A stretch of 64,000 bases of DNA from Promethearchaeota archaeon (GCA_019058365.1 JAHPZE010000004.1:32001-96000), one strand, 5' to 3'. Numbered from the stretch's first letter, positions 41,458 through 51,082 are shown. Numbers and translations: made by a program. Notes: generated by a model from the sequence alone, not told the origin.

Positions 41458-42246
41458 TTATGAAATTCTCTTCTTTATAACTGATTCAATATTTACACCT
41501 TCTTTCCAATACCAATCAAATAAATCTATAGACCATTTTATAAAGACCTCATTATCATCATATAAACATTCACTATAATCAATTTTTCCTTCTCTACTTA
41601 AAAATAGTACCGCACTTTTATCAGAAACTAAAAGGCAGAAAAAAATTTTTTTTAACATACGAATATTCTGTGAAATGTTTATCTTTTGATAAAATGCATG
41701 GTGATCTTCCAGTTTTTCATATCCTTTTGATTCTAATACATTTTTATCAACTAGAGCTTTTATCTTAATGGACATATTATTAATTTTCCGTTCAACTGCG
41801 GGTAGTATTGAATCCTGAAATTGATCTGAGATTGCATAAATAAAATTTTCTGATTCTTTAATCATTTCCGACCATAACTCTATATTATGCATTGTCCCAA
41901 ATTTAATCTTTATTGTTTTTAATTTTCCTAACTGTAGGATTAAATTTAGGGGGAAATTGTTAATATCGTGATTATTAAAAAAAGTCTCATATTTTAAAGA
42001 TATTTCAAAAAGTTCTAATATATCTAAGAATATTTTACCAATGTTAGTAATAGTATATCTATTATCCATCGTCTTTTTAACTAGGTTTTTTTCAATAAGT
42101 CTTTTTAAGTGCCGAGAAATTTCTGATCCTCTAATATTTAAATCTTTTTCTAATTGGTTGTGCTTTTTTTTTCCCATATATAAACTCTTGAAAACCGCAA
42201 ATCGACCTTCATTTGAAAATTCAAAAAATAAATCATTAATTCTCAA
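41458..42246 (-). CDS. Archaeal winged-helix transcriptional regulator with a C-terminal ligand-binding-type domain
   Basis: LFFEFSNEGR, SEISRHLKRL...LV.K....Y.IT..G; W..DLFDWYW at the C-terminus. Confidence 0.8.
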   Translation of the reverse strand: MRINDLFFEFSNEGRFAVFKSLYMGKKKHNQLEKDLNIRGSEISRHLKRLIEKNLVKKTMDNRYTITNIGKIFLDILELFEISLKYETFFNNHDINNFPLNLILQLGKLKTIKIKFGTMHNIELWSEMIKESENFIYAISDQFQDSILPAVERKINNMSIKIKALVDKNVLESKGYEKLEDHHAFYQKINISQNIRMLKKIFFCLLVSDKSAVLFLSREGKIDYSECLYDDNEVFIKWSIDLFDWYWKEGVNIESVIKKRIS

Positions 42247-42463
42247 GATAAAACAGAAGATTTTCTAATTTTAAAACTATTATTCAAATGCTTTAATACT
42301 ATATGAATTTAGATCAATTAAAAATTGTTTTTATCTTTCAAAATTTTTTTTATTTGATACAAATGGATTTAAAGGTTTTATATGGATAATTTATTACATT
42401 TTATAATCTTTTTATAAATACTAAAATAGCAATTAATTTTATTCTAATATAATTAATTAAAAC

Positions 42464-42823
42464 GTGAAAAAGATGGCAGAGTTCAAGAAAATTGAAGAAT
42501 GTTTGGAAGAAATAAAGAATAGATATAATAATAATGAAAAAGTTAGAAATAAATTAGCTAAATTTAAAGATTCTATCCAAATAAAATTCTCTGATACTGA
42601 CAGAAAAGTATTACTCTTGATTAATAAAGATGAGGGAATTGAAATAAAAGATAAGAGTGGGGATGATACAGCATCAGTAAAAATTGAATTTTCAGAAGAA
42701 CAAGCAATAATAGATTTATTTAACAAAGAATTAGGTGCTGTTAAAGCATATTCTGATGGGAAAATAAAAATAGTAGAAGGAAATATAAGAAATTTGATGA
42801 AACTTCGAAGTTTAATGTTTTAA
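42464..42823 (+). CDS. SCP2 sterol/lipid-binding domain protein
   Basis: AVKAYSDGKIKIVEGN...LMKL is typical of the SCP2 C-terminus. Confidence 0.78.
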   Translation: MKKMAEFKKIEECLEEIKNRYNNNEKVRNKLAKFKDSIQIKFSDTDRKVLLLINKDEGIEIKDKSGDDTASVKIEFSEEQAIIDLFNKELGAVKAYSDGKIKIVEGNIRNLMKLRSLMF

Positions 42824-42902
42824 CTAAGGTTTTTTTATTTAATATTTATTTTTAATATATTGCAAATAAATGTAAATTTATTTATAGAAAAAAGTGTTAA
42901 TA

Positions 42903-44585
42903 ATGAAAGCTTTAATAACAGCAAAAATCACAAACGATTGTTTAAATGAATTAGAAAAGTTAATAGAAATAACGTATGAACCATGGAGAGAAACAGGGAT
43001 AATATATTTTGATGTAAAAGAACTTGTTGAGAAACTTAAAGATTATGATATTTTTATAACTGAAGCTGATGATTTAAAGAAAGAAGCTTTATTTGAGAAA
43101 ACTAACCTAAAACTTATCATATCATGTAGAGGCGATCCGTTTAATGTTAATTTAAAAGCTGCGACTAAAAATAATATTCTTGTTCTTTTTACTCCACTAA
43201 GAAATGTTGATGCTGTAGCAGAATTAACAATCAGTTTAATGTTGATGCTAGCTCGAAAATTACATAACGTTGATCGAGTAATTCATTCTGATGACTTTGA
43301 AATAGTTGAATTTGAAGACTATGTTGAATATTTAAATAAATTTCAAGGTATTGAATTAAAAAGTAAAATAATTGGAATTATTGGTTTAGGGCAAATTGGT
43401 AGAAGAGTAGCAAATAGGCTTAAACCCTTTGGAGTAGAATTTTTAATATATGATCCATATGTAGACGACGAAATTATTAAACTATATGGTAAAAGAGTTG
43501 AAATTGATTATTTAATGAAAACAGCTGATTTCATTACAATCCATTCAATAGCAACTGAAGAAAATGAGAGACTCATCAATAAAGAGCGAATTCTTATGAT
43601 GAAAAAAACAGCTTTTTTAGTTAATACTTCAAAAGGGAGTATTGTTGATTATGATGCTTTACGAAATGTTCTAGAAGAGGAAAAAATAGGCGGTGCCGCT
43701 CTGGATGTTTTTCCTCTTGAACCTATTGATGAGGATAATGAATTCATTGGATTAAAAAATGCTATAATCACCCCCCATATTGGAGGAGATACTGAGGAAG
43801 TAATAAAGAGACAATCAGAACTTTTGTTAAACGATTTGAAGAAGTGGTTAAACAAAGAAAGACCTCAATATGTTATGAATCCTGAAGTATTCAAAGAAGG
43901 AGAAAAAAACAGGTCTCCATATAGTAATAAATTTGACAGAATAAAAAAGGAAATTGTGGATTTATGTAAACAATTATTAAATGAAAAACATGTGATAGGC
44001 TCCGCTGGTAATGTAAGTGTAAGAATAAAAGATAAAGATAAAGAATTTGTATTAATAACTCCTAGTAATGTTCGTTATGACGAAATGGCACCTGAAGATA
44101 TTCTTATAATTGATATGGAAGGGAAAGTTGTAGAAGGTAAAAGAAATCCTTCTGTTGAGAAAAAAATGCACTTAAGTATATACAAAGAAAGAGATGATGT
44201 AAATGCAATTATTCATGCTCATAGTATTTATTCTACCGTTCTTAGTGCGTTAAAACTAACAATTCCACCAATTTTCGAAGAATTTGTTCCCTATATAGGT
44301 GGTGAAGTTTTATGTGCTGAATATGGGGAAGCAGGTACGGAAGAATTAGCAGATGGTGTATTAGCAGTATTAGAAGAGAGAAATGCTGTCTTACTTGCAA
44401 ATCATGGAAATCTATGTTGTGGTAGTCATTTAGATGGAGCTTATACCGTATTACAATATCTTGAGAGAGGAGCAAAGATATATTATCTAGCTAAACTTGT
44501 AGGAGATCCAAATTTGCTACCAGAAGACACTATAGACTATGAAATGGAAATATTTGATGTTTTTAAAGATTCCAAGAAAATTTAA
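42903..44585 (+). CDS. Fusion: D-2-hydroxyacid dehydrogenase + class II aldolase/adducin domain
   Basis: GIIGLGQIG, YDPY, AALDVF..EP, TPHIGG; then GNVSVR, ITPS, PSVE..MH..IY, HAHS, LLANHG; ATG at 42903. Confidence 0.88.
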   Translation: MKALITAKITNDCLNELEKLIEITYEPWRETGIIYFDVKELVEKLKDYDIFITEADDLKKEALFEKTNLKLIISCRGDPFNVNLKAATKNNILVLFTPLRNVDAVAELTISLMLMLARKLHNVDRVIHSDDFEIVEFEDYVEYLNKFQGIELKSKIIGIIGLGQIGRRVANRLKPFGVEFLIYDPYVDDEIIKLYGKRVEIDYLMKTADFITIHSIATEENERLINKERILMMKKTAFLVNTSKGSIVDYDALRNVLEEEKIGGAALDVFPLEPIDEDNEFIGLKNAIITPHIGGDTEEVIKRQSELLLNDLKKWLNKERPQYVMNPEVFKEGEKNRSPYSNKFDRIKKEIVDLCKQLLNEKHVIGSAGNVSVRIKDKDKEFVLITPSNVRYDEMAPEDILIIDMEGKVVEGKRNPSVEKKMHLSIYKERDDVNAIIHAHSIYSTVLSALKLTIPPIFEEFVPYIGGEVLCAEYGEAGTEELADGVLAVLEERNAVLLANHGNLCCGSHLDGAYTVLQYLERGAKIYYLAKLVGDPNLLPEDTIDYEMEIFDVFKDSKKI

Positions 44586-44616
44586 GATATAATAAGCTAA
44601 TATGTGGCTATTATTT

Positions 44617-45336
44617 TTATTTCCTATTTAATGATTTTAAAGCAGTTTTAGTTGATTCCTCTGCTTGTTCCTTTGTAACCATTCCAATGGTCACAGCACA
44701 TATATTATGCTTGGAAATATATTTAAATGCAATATCTGGTTTTATTTCTCCAGCTGCGAGAGTTTTCATGCCAATAAAATGAAAAGCTTTAGTATTATCA
44801 ACAATTTCTTCTAACCTTTCCAAGTTTCCCATTAAAAATCCATTTAGATTAAATGGTATCAAAATTACTCTTACATTTAATGAATTTTCTAAGCAATATT
44901 GAATTGTTGGAATTGGATCATGAGTTGCGATACCTGGAATAATACCATAACTAGAGATATCATCTAAAAGTCTCAATAAAGTTAATCCTTTTTTATCAGA
45001 AATCATTCCATGTACAAAAATCAGCTTTGCTCCAATTTTAATTAATGCATCAATTCTTGGATCTTTACCTGGATATGTAGATCCCATTATCACATAATCA
45101 CTATGTATTTCACTCATCATATATGCTGCTTCTAAAATTTTTCCACTTGGTATCACTTCAATGCCACGTGCCCCTTTTGCATAACTGCTTTCTAAAATCT
45201 CTAACATTGCATCTGGATTGTTCAAAAATTTCCTACGCCATTCAATTGCTTTAAATCCGAATTGTCCAGCACCTATAAATGGAGAAGTTCCAGTGGAAAC
45301 TAGTGGTATATCTATATCATCTATTTTACAAAAAAT
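44617..45336 (-). CDS. Conserved archaeal TIM-barrel/aldo-keto-reductase-like protein; coding region extends upstream of the ORF-track start
   Basis: In-frame extension IPLVSTGTSPFIGAGQFG.KA..WR; PGIATH, PFN..GFLM, IGMKTLAAG.I.P. Confidence 0.65.
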   Translation of the reverse strand: MFCKIDDIDIPLVSTGTSPFIGAGQFGFKAIEWRRKFLNNPDAMLEILESSYAKGARGIEVIPSGKILEAAYMMSEIHSDYVIMGSTYPGKDPRIDALIKIGAKLIFVHGMISDKKGLTLLRLLDDISSYGIIPGIATHDPIPTIQYCLENSLNVRVILIPFNLNGFLMGNLERLEEIVDNTKAFHFIGMKTLAAGEIKPDIAFKYISKHNICAVTIGMVTKEQAEESTKTALKSLNRK

Positions 45337-45531
45337 TTTAAACCCTTCATCACGTTAAAAGTAAAATTTATCTTAATTTGATATGTGATTATTATGAAAA
45401 TAATTATAAAATTTTAAGGCTATTCTTATTGAAATAAATCTACAAAAATCATATTAAATCATAAAAATTATTATTCATTAAACGCAAATGAAATGCAATT
45501 TTGTTTCTGATTTATAAAAGAGGAGACTAGA

Positions 45532-47610
45532 ATTTCACAAATTAATGGTGTTATATGCAATACTTTAACGTTTTATAATGAAGATCTTGAAATAATCGAA
45601 AGTTTAAATTCTCTTCTTCTTCGACATATTCTTACAAACGATGCAAATTGTCTGCTTCTTTTTGGAAACACTGGTGATGGTGAGTTATTTTCAATAACCG
45701 AGAAAATAAAACTTATCGAAATTGCAAAAGAGATAACAGAGAAAAAAGTACCCATACTTGTTGGAATTTATGGTAATCAAGTAGACGACATTATTGATCA
45801 GATTGAAAATATAGGTAAAAAATTCGAAGATCTAAATTTTATGCTCTCTCCTCCTATTTCAGAAAAAAAGACTACAGATACTATAAAATCTTATTTTGAA
45901 AATATTTTAGGTTCAGTCAACCCTAAAAATCAGATTTATTTGATAAATAATCCCCTTCGATTTGCTGGAAATGAGATCGAACCAGATTTGTTGCAAAATT
46001 TAATGGAATTCACTAATCTGAAAGGATTAAATGATTCATTTTATAATATTAAAAAATGTAAATCTTATATTCAACTTTTAAACAAAAATTTTTCTGTTAT
46101 TTGTGGATTAGAAGAAAATTTTCAAAGTTTTTTTCAATTAATACCACTAAATCAGAGAATATATAGTGGAATTGTTTCTAGTATAAGTAATCTAGGTAAT
46201 ATGTGTTCAAAATTATATAAATATGCATTAGAAGATAATATCTTAGAACTTTTAAAAATCCAAGAACATATAAATGATATTAGACATAAAATTTACGAAG
46301 TTAAAAGCAATGAAATTAGGGAACAAATTGGTTTGAAGTACGCTTTTTTACATTTATATAAAGATTTAATATCAAGCATTAAGAATGATAGATATTATAT
46401 TGATGAAATATTGGAAACTCAAGTTGATCCAATAAGTAAAGAAAGAATTGAAGCCACTGTGAATTATTTATTAAATCAGAAACAAATTTATAAATTATAT
46501 TTTATAAGTAAAAAAGATCTTTACCGATTTGATGAGATCATAGATATATTTTCAAAAATAGATGTTTTAGTTGAACAAGGTAAGGTTAAAAAAATTAAAG
46601 GTCCTTATATTGTTGATATTAATACACTCTATAGAGTAAAATTTGAAAATAGTCAATTAGTCTTCAGATTTTGCACAAATCAATCTTTCCAATTTGAAAA
46701 TTCAATTAAAGAAAAGCTCTTATATCCCTTTTTAGATAAAAAACTAAATCCAAATGATATTGAATTAAGACAGAAAGTAAAAGAGATTTTAAATACAAGA
46801 TCAGGTACTTATCTCTTCACTAAAGAAAATCCTCCTATAATCCCAGTAAGTAATCTAATTTATTATGATGAAACTAAGGAGATTATTCCTTACATATTCT
46901 CAGTACAAGATTATATTCGAGGAAAACCTCTATTTCAGCTCATAAACCAATACATAAATGAGGGAAAAAATTTATCTATAAAAAAATTTCTTGATTTATT
47001 TAGTAATTTAGGCGATCATTTAGGACATCTTCATGAAGTAAAATTTAATTGTTTTTATAAAAATATTAATAATATTGGAGAAAATATGAAGATCTCCTAT
47101 ATAGATGTCCTCGAAAATGAATTTGAAGAAAAAATTGAGGCGGCAAAGAAAAATAAAATTGATTTTGCTGACGAAATTAGAGCTTTCTTTAGAGATAACA
47201 GGGTATTAATTGAAGATGAAACAGAATATGTTCTTTTACATAATGATTTTAAAAGTCAGAATATTATTGTTAAGGATGAACTAGGCAGTATTAAAATTAA
47301 TGGTATTGTAGATTTTGATAAATGGTGTATTGGCAGTAGAGCTCAAGACTTCATTAAAATTGATTATTGGATTTTAAAACCTTTAAATAATCCTTTATTT
47401 TATAGCTCATTTTATGATACATATTCTAAATTTTATACTATAGATAGTGATTTTAAAAAAAAAATTGAATTATATAAATTATTTTGGCTTTTGGATGAAT
47501 ACAATTTTGAATCAGAATTAATAAGAAAGTCAGATCAAATGAATATTACAAGAATGCCATCAACACTATTAGAAAATTATTTATTTGAAATCAAAACGAT
47601 AATTCGATGA
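45532..47610 (+). CDS. Fusion: DapA-like barrel lacking the catalytic Lys + APH/choline-kinase-like phosphotransferase; probable ATT start
   Basis: Upstream in-frame GVICNTLTFY...FGNTGDG..FS..EK...VPILVG; GLNDS in place of GIKDS; kinase motifs LLHNDFKSQNI and GIVDFD; GAGGAG 6 nt before ATT. Confidence 0.78.
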   Translation: MSQINGVICNTLTFYNEDLEIIESLNSLLLRHILTNDANCLLLFGNTGDGELFSITEKIKLIEIAKEITEKKVPILVGIYGNQVDDIIDQIENIGKKFEDLNFMLSPPISEKKTTDTIKSYFENILGSVNPKNQIYLINNPLRFAGNEIEPDLLQNLMEFTNLKGLNDSFYNIKKCKSYIQLLNKNFSVICGLEENFQSFFQLIPLNQRIYSGIVSSISNLGNMCSKLYKYALEDNILELLKIQEHINDIRHKIYEVKSNEIREQIGLKYAFLHLYKDLISSIKNDRYYIDEILETQVDPISKERIEATVNYLLNQKQIYKLYFISKKDLYRFDEIIDIFSKIDVLVEQGKVKKIKGPYIVDINTLYRVKFENSQLVFRFCTNQSFQFENSIKEKLLYPFLDKKLNPNDIELRQKVKEILNTRSGTYLFTKENPPIIPVSNLIYYDETKEIIPYIFSVQDYIRGKPLFQLINQYINEGKNLSIKKFLDLFSNLGDHLGHLHEVKFNCFYKNINNIGENMKISYIDVLENEFEEKIEAAKKNKIDFADEIRAFFRDNRVLIEDETEYVLLHNDFKSQNIIVKDELGSIKINGIVDFDKWCIGSRAQDFIKIDYWILKPLNNPLFYSSFYDTYSKFYTIDSDFKKKIELYKLFWLLDEYNFESELIRKSDQMNITRMPSTLLENYLFEIKTIIR

Positions 47611-47711
47611 TTTTTTCCTATAAAATTCATAAAGCTATTTAGAAATTCTGATTTATTATATTTGTTTATACTTATTATAAAAGAGATTTTATGAAAAAAA
47701 TAAAGTAAAGC

Positions 47712-48629
47712 ATGTCGAGATTTAAAAAAGAATTAAAGTTTGCGGTTAAATTGGTTCGTAAAGCAACAGAGATTACAGAATGGTTTAGAAAACACGGATT
47801 TGAATCATTCTTAAAGTCAGATCAATCACCTGTTACATTAGCTGATTTTGCATCTCAACTATATATTATATCAAAGTTAAAGCAACACTTCCCAAATGAT
47901 GAAATAATAGCAGAAGAAGAAAATTTCGAATTTATAGATTTAAAGGCAGAAAATCTTATAAAAAGATGTTTTAATGAATTAAGTTTCGAAAGATTAAAGA
48001 TCATAAAAGAAATTATTGGATTTAAAGGCAAATCTTCAGAACGACAATGGACAATAGATCCCATTGATGGCACAAAGGGATATCAAAAGGGCTTATCTTA
48101 TGCTATAGGTATTGGATTTATGGTAAAATCTACCCCTAGAGTATGTGCTATTGCAGTACCAAATTATAATGAAAAATTCTTAGCTATTTTTTCGGCTGAA
48201 GAAAATCAAGGTGCTCAAGCTTCATATGATGACAAGGATTTTAAACTGATTAGAGTCAATCAAAATGAAGTGATACAGAATATTCGTTTATGCCACTCAT
48301 TACATTATGATCAACCTTGGGTTCTTAATTTCGCAAAGAAAATTGGTATAAAACACTTCATTCAAATTGATAGTATGGCAAAATTTTGCATGGTAGCGGA
48401 AGGAACTGCTGACCTTTATATTAAACCATTAGATGAGAATCATTCATTTACTTGGGATTTCATGCCAGGAGATTTAATTGTAAGAGAAGCAGGAGGAGAT
48501 GTCACAGATTTAAACGGTGAGTATTTAAAATTTAAAAAAGAAAAATGTATATGGACTGCACCTGGTATTATTGCTTCAAATGGTAATATCCAAAAAAAAA
48601 TTTTAGAGTTATATCATAAAAATCAATAA
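47712..48629 (+). CDS. 3'(2'),5'-bisphosphate nucleotidase/inositol monophosphatase family (HAL2/SAL1-like)
   Basis: K.D.SPVTLADFASQ, AEE, DPIDGTKG, DSMAKF, WD...G.LIV.EAGG.VTD. Confidence 0.88.
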   Translation: MSRFKKELKFAVKLVRKATEITEWFRKHGFESFLKSDQSPVTLADFASQLYIISKLKQHFPNDEIIAEEENFEFIDLKAENLIKRCFNELSFERLKIIKEIIGFKGKSSERQWTIDPIDGTKGYQKGLSYAIGIGFMVKSTPRVCAIAVPNYNEKFLAIFSAEENQGAQASYDDKDFKLIRVNQNEVIQNIRLCHSLHYDQPWVLNFAKKIGIKHFIQIDSMAKFCMVAEGTADLYIKPLDENHSFTWDFMPGDLIVREAGGDVTDLNGEYLKFKKEKCIWTAPGIIASNGNIQKKILELYHKNQ

Positions 48630-48739
48630 ATTTATTTATTAAACCAAATCGTATGATGGTATAATTCACCAAATTTGTTTATCAAATATTAAATTATAGA
48701 TCTATTAAAAAATATACAAATTAATAAAAAATAATAAGA

Positions 48740-48892
48740 ATGGAGATTATTAGTTCTAATTCTCAATATCCAAAGGGATTTAAAATTGAATACATCGGTG
48801 CGATGATGAGATTAAGCGAAGAAAGTTTGAGAAACTTTATCTATTCGTTTAATCTTAGGACGGTTGAAGTTAATCTAAACAAAAAAAAATAA
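48740..48892 (+). CDS. Possible 50-aa small ORF or gene fragment
   Basis: ATG-TAA frame MEIISSNSQYPKGFKIEYIG...; no recognisable motif. Confidence 0.2.
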   Translation: MEIISSNSQYPKGFKIEYIGAMMRLSEESLRNFIYSFNLRTVEVNLNKKK

Positions 48893-48893
48893 T

Positions 48894-49497
48894 TCACTTT
48901 TTAGATTTCTCTAATAAATCATGGAGCCATTTTAAATACCATTCCTCAAAAGTTAGGTTTGTTCTTTTTAATCCACCATAATCAGCTAACTTATCTATCC
49001 ATATTCTCCCTACTTCTGGTCCGGAAATAATCAACCAATTACGATAAGCGCATCCCTGATGACAAATAGGAATTTCGTCATTTATTGCTTTCCAATACTC
49101 TTTTTGAACTGCTAGATAATCTTTTTCGAATTCCTCTTCATTAACATAATCTTCCTCATTAGGAAAATCAAGATCTTTATACCAATCTGAAGTATATGGA
49201 AATGGTTCAGATAGAAATCCTACAAAACCATCATTTTCTTTCCAAACACCTTCATCATATTCCCCTAACGGAAATACCCCATAATAAGGAACGCCACCTC
49301 CATTTCCAAATTCCATCAAAAATGTTGTATAATCTAATGGTAGCTTTATTTTATACCTAGTCTCAAATTTAATTATTTCCTCTTCGGAGAGAACAGGATT
49401 TATTTTATGTTTATGAAAATCAGAGCCAAAAATATTAATAATTAATATCAATTGCACGTAATTTATTTAATTTGGATATTAGTTCCCTTGAATTCAT
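48894..49497 (-). pseudogene. SMI1/KNR4 (SUKH) immunity-family protein, frameshifted near the 5' end
   Basis: ATG 49497 gives MNSRELISKLNKLRAIDINY, then one extra base before NIFGSDFHKH..NPVLSEEEI..FE....I.LP.DY..FL...GNGG..PYYG; GC and F.EWY..WL motifs. Confidence 0.72.
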
Positions 49498-49536
49498 TAA
49501 AAAAGACCAGTCTAGTTTAAATATTATTTAATTTAA

Positions 49537-50046
49537 TTACAGACTATTATTGAAATATCGTTTTTTCAATTTATTAAGTAATTTCTTACTTTCAGTTAGG
49601 TACTGATCCATAAACTCCATATAAGATGTTTCGTTCTCAATGGCTTTGATTAATTGTTGATCCTTTTCTTTAATAGTTGATTCTTTTAATTTTTTTAAGG
49701 ATTTAATTGCTTTCTTATTAATTTTTACAAACGTTTGAATAAATACATCAAAAAACTCCGGATTAGTATTTAAATCATATGTATATCCTTTTTTTGCAGA
49801 TCCCTTTCTAATAACGGAACCATATGGGAGTAGTACTTTAAGTGCTCTATTAATTGATGAAACTGATGTCCCTACTCCTTGATCTTTCATAAAATGTGAT
49901 AATTTATAGGATATTTCTCCTTGACTGAGGTCTATATCTTCTAAACCTAATAATGCTTCTATCCAACCACAAATAGGTGAAAACCCATATTCTTCGTATA
50001 CACTACCTAAAATAATTAAAAAATTTTGTCGATTCTCTTCAAACAT
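49537..50046 (-). CDS. GbsR/MarR-family transcriptional regulator
   Basis: YGFSPICGWI.ALL, LSQ.EI, SVSSINRALK.L; divergent from the next gene. Confidence 0.72.
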   Translation of the reverse strand: MFEENRQNFLIILGSVYEEYGFSPICGWIEALLGLEDIDLSQGEISYKLSHFMKDQGVGTSVSSINRALKVLLPYGSVIRKGSAKKGYTYDLNTNPEFFDVFIQTFVKINKKAIKSLKKLKESTIKEKDQQLIKAIENETSYMEFMDQYLTESKKLLNKLKKRYFNNSL

Positions 50047-50090
50047 TTTTTATGCACCTATATTAATTAGATTAATGTATAATTTAAGTG

Positions 50091-50120
50091 TTTCATATTT
50101 ATGATTCCATAAAAGTGAAA
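50091..50120. promoter_or_regulatory. Candidate operator of the GbsR/MarR regulator
   Basis: TTTCATATTTATG-attc-CATAAAAGTGAAA (11/13 inverted match); related palindrome TTTCATATGAAA at 50159-50170. Confidence 0.5.
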
Positions 50121-50171
50121 TCCTTATATAGATTCAATCACATATCTATTTATTACTTTTTCATATGAAAT

Positions 50172-51071
50172 ATGATCCCAATTTATTACTTTAGTGCTTC
50201 TGGAAATACAAAATATTGTGTTGAATTAGTCCAGCGTGGTTTTCATGATAAGAATATGTTAGTCGAATTAATCAACATAAAATCTGTAAGACACTTACCC
50301 TTCCCGGACCCAAATTCATTATATCCCGCAATAGGTATTGCATTCCCAGTTTATGAATTTATGGTACCTCGTATAATTTTAATTTGGCTTAAAAAATTAC
50401 CAAAAGCTAAAAAAATCACACCATTTCTTATTATTGATACTAGTGGTGGGCTTCCTTGTAATTCAGCGGGAGTTGCAATGGATCTATTGCGTCAGAAAAA
50501 TTATGAACCTTTAGGAGTATTAGAAATCCCAACTCCAACAGCTGAACCATTTTTTAGTAATAAATATTATCCTGTTGGCTGGACTCAAGAGATTCTCGAT
50601 AAATGCTATTTTTTTGGCTCTCTAGTAGCTAATAGATTAAAAAAAGAGAAGAAAGACTTTATTGACTTAAGATTAGGAAGATTAAGGTTTGCAAGATTAA
50701 CTAATTACTTTTATCAATACTTCCTTAAAGGGCAATCTTCATCTGCAGGTATGCTTAAATATAATCCATCTAAATGCAACCAATGTGGTGCTTGTGAAAA
50801 TATATGTCCTATGGCAGCAATAGATATTAAAAAATTACCTAAGCCTTTTAATGATAACCGTTGTATGCTATGTGCAAATTGTGTAAGAATTTGTCCAAAT
50901 CATGCAATAACGATTTCTTATCGCCCAAAAAAAATCCCTCCCTCAGCAAAAGAAACACCAAAGAGTCGACCGGGATACATTGATCCTAAAAAATATCATC
51001 CATCAAGTAAACAAAAGCATAGTACCGGATACTTAAAATTACTTTTTAGGATGATGAAAAAGAAAAGCTAA
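50172..51071 (+). CDS. EFR1-type flavodoxin-ferredoxin protein
   Basis: YYFSASGNT flavodoxin loop, AFPVY, two CxxCxxCxxxCP motifs. Confidence 0.85.
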   Translation: MIPIYYFSASGNTKYCVELVQRGFHDKNMLVELINIKSVRHLPFPDPNSLYPAIGIAFPVYEFMVPRIILIWLKKLPKAKKITPFLIIDTSGGLPCNSAGVAMDLLRQKNYEPLGVLEIPTPTAEPFFSNKYYPVGWTQEILDKCYFFGSLVANRLKKEKKDFIDLRLGRLRFARLTNYFYQYFLKGQSSSAGMLKYNPSKCNQCGACENICPMAAIDIKKLPKPFNDNRCMLCANCVRICPNHAITISYRPKKIPPSAKETPKSRPGYIDPKKYHPSSKQKHSTGYLKLLFRMMKKKS

Positions 51072-51082
51072 ATTAGCTAAGC

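Noticed and set aside
45493-45534. Selenocysteine read-through (ATG CAA TTT TGT TTC TGA in frame with the DapA fusion)
   Set aside because: The TGA lies upstream of the homologous region and not at a redox position; the SD-ATT start is simpler. No SECIS was recognised.
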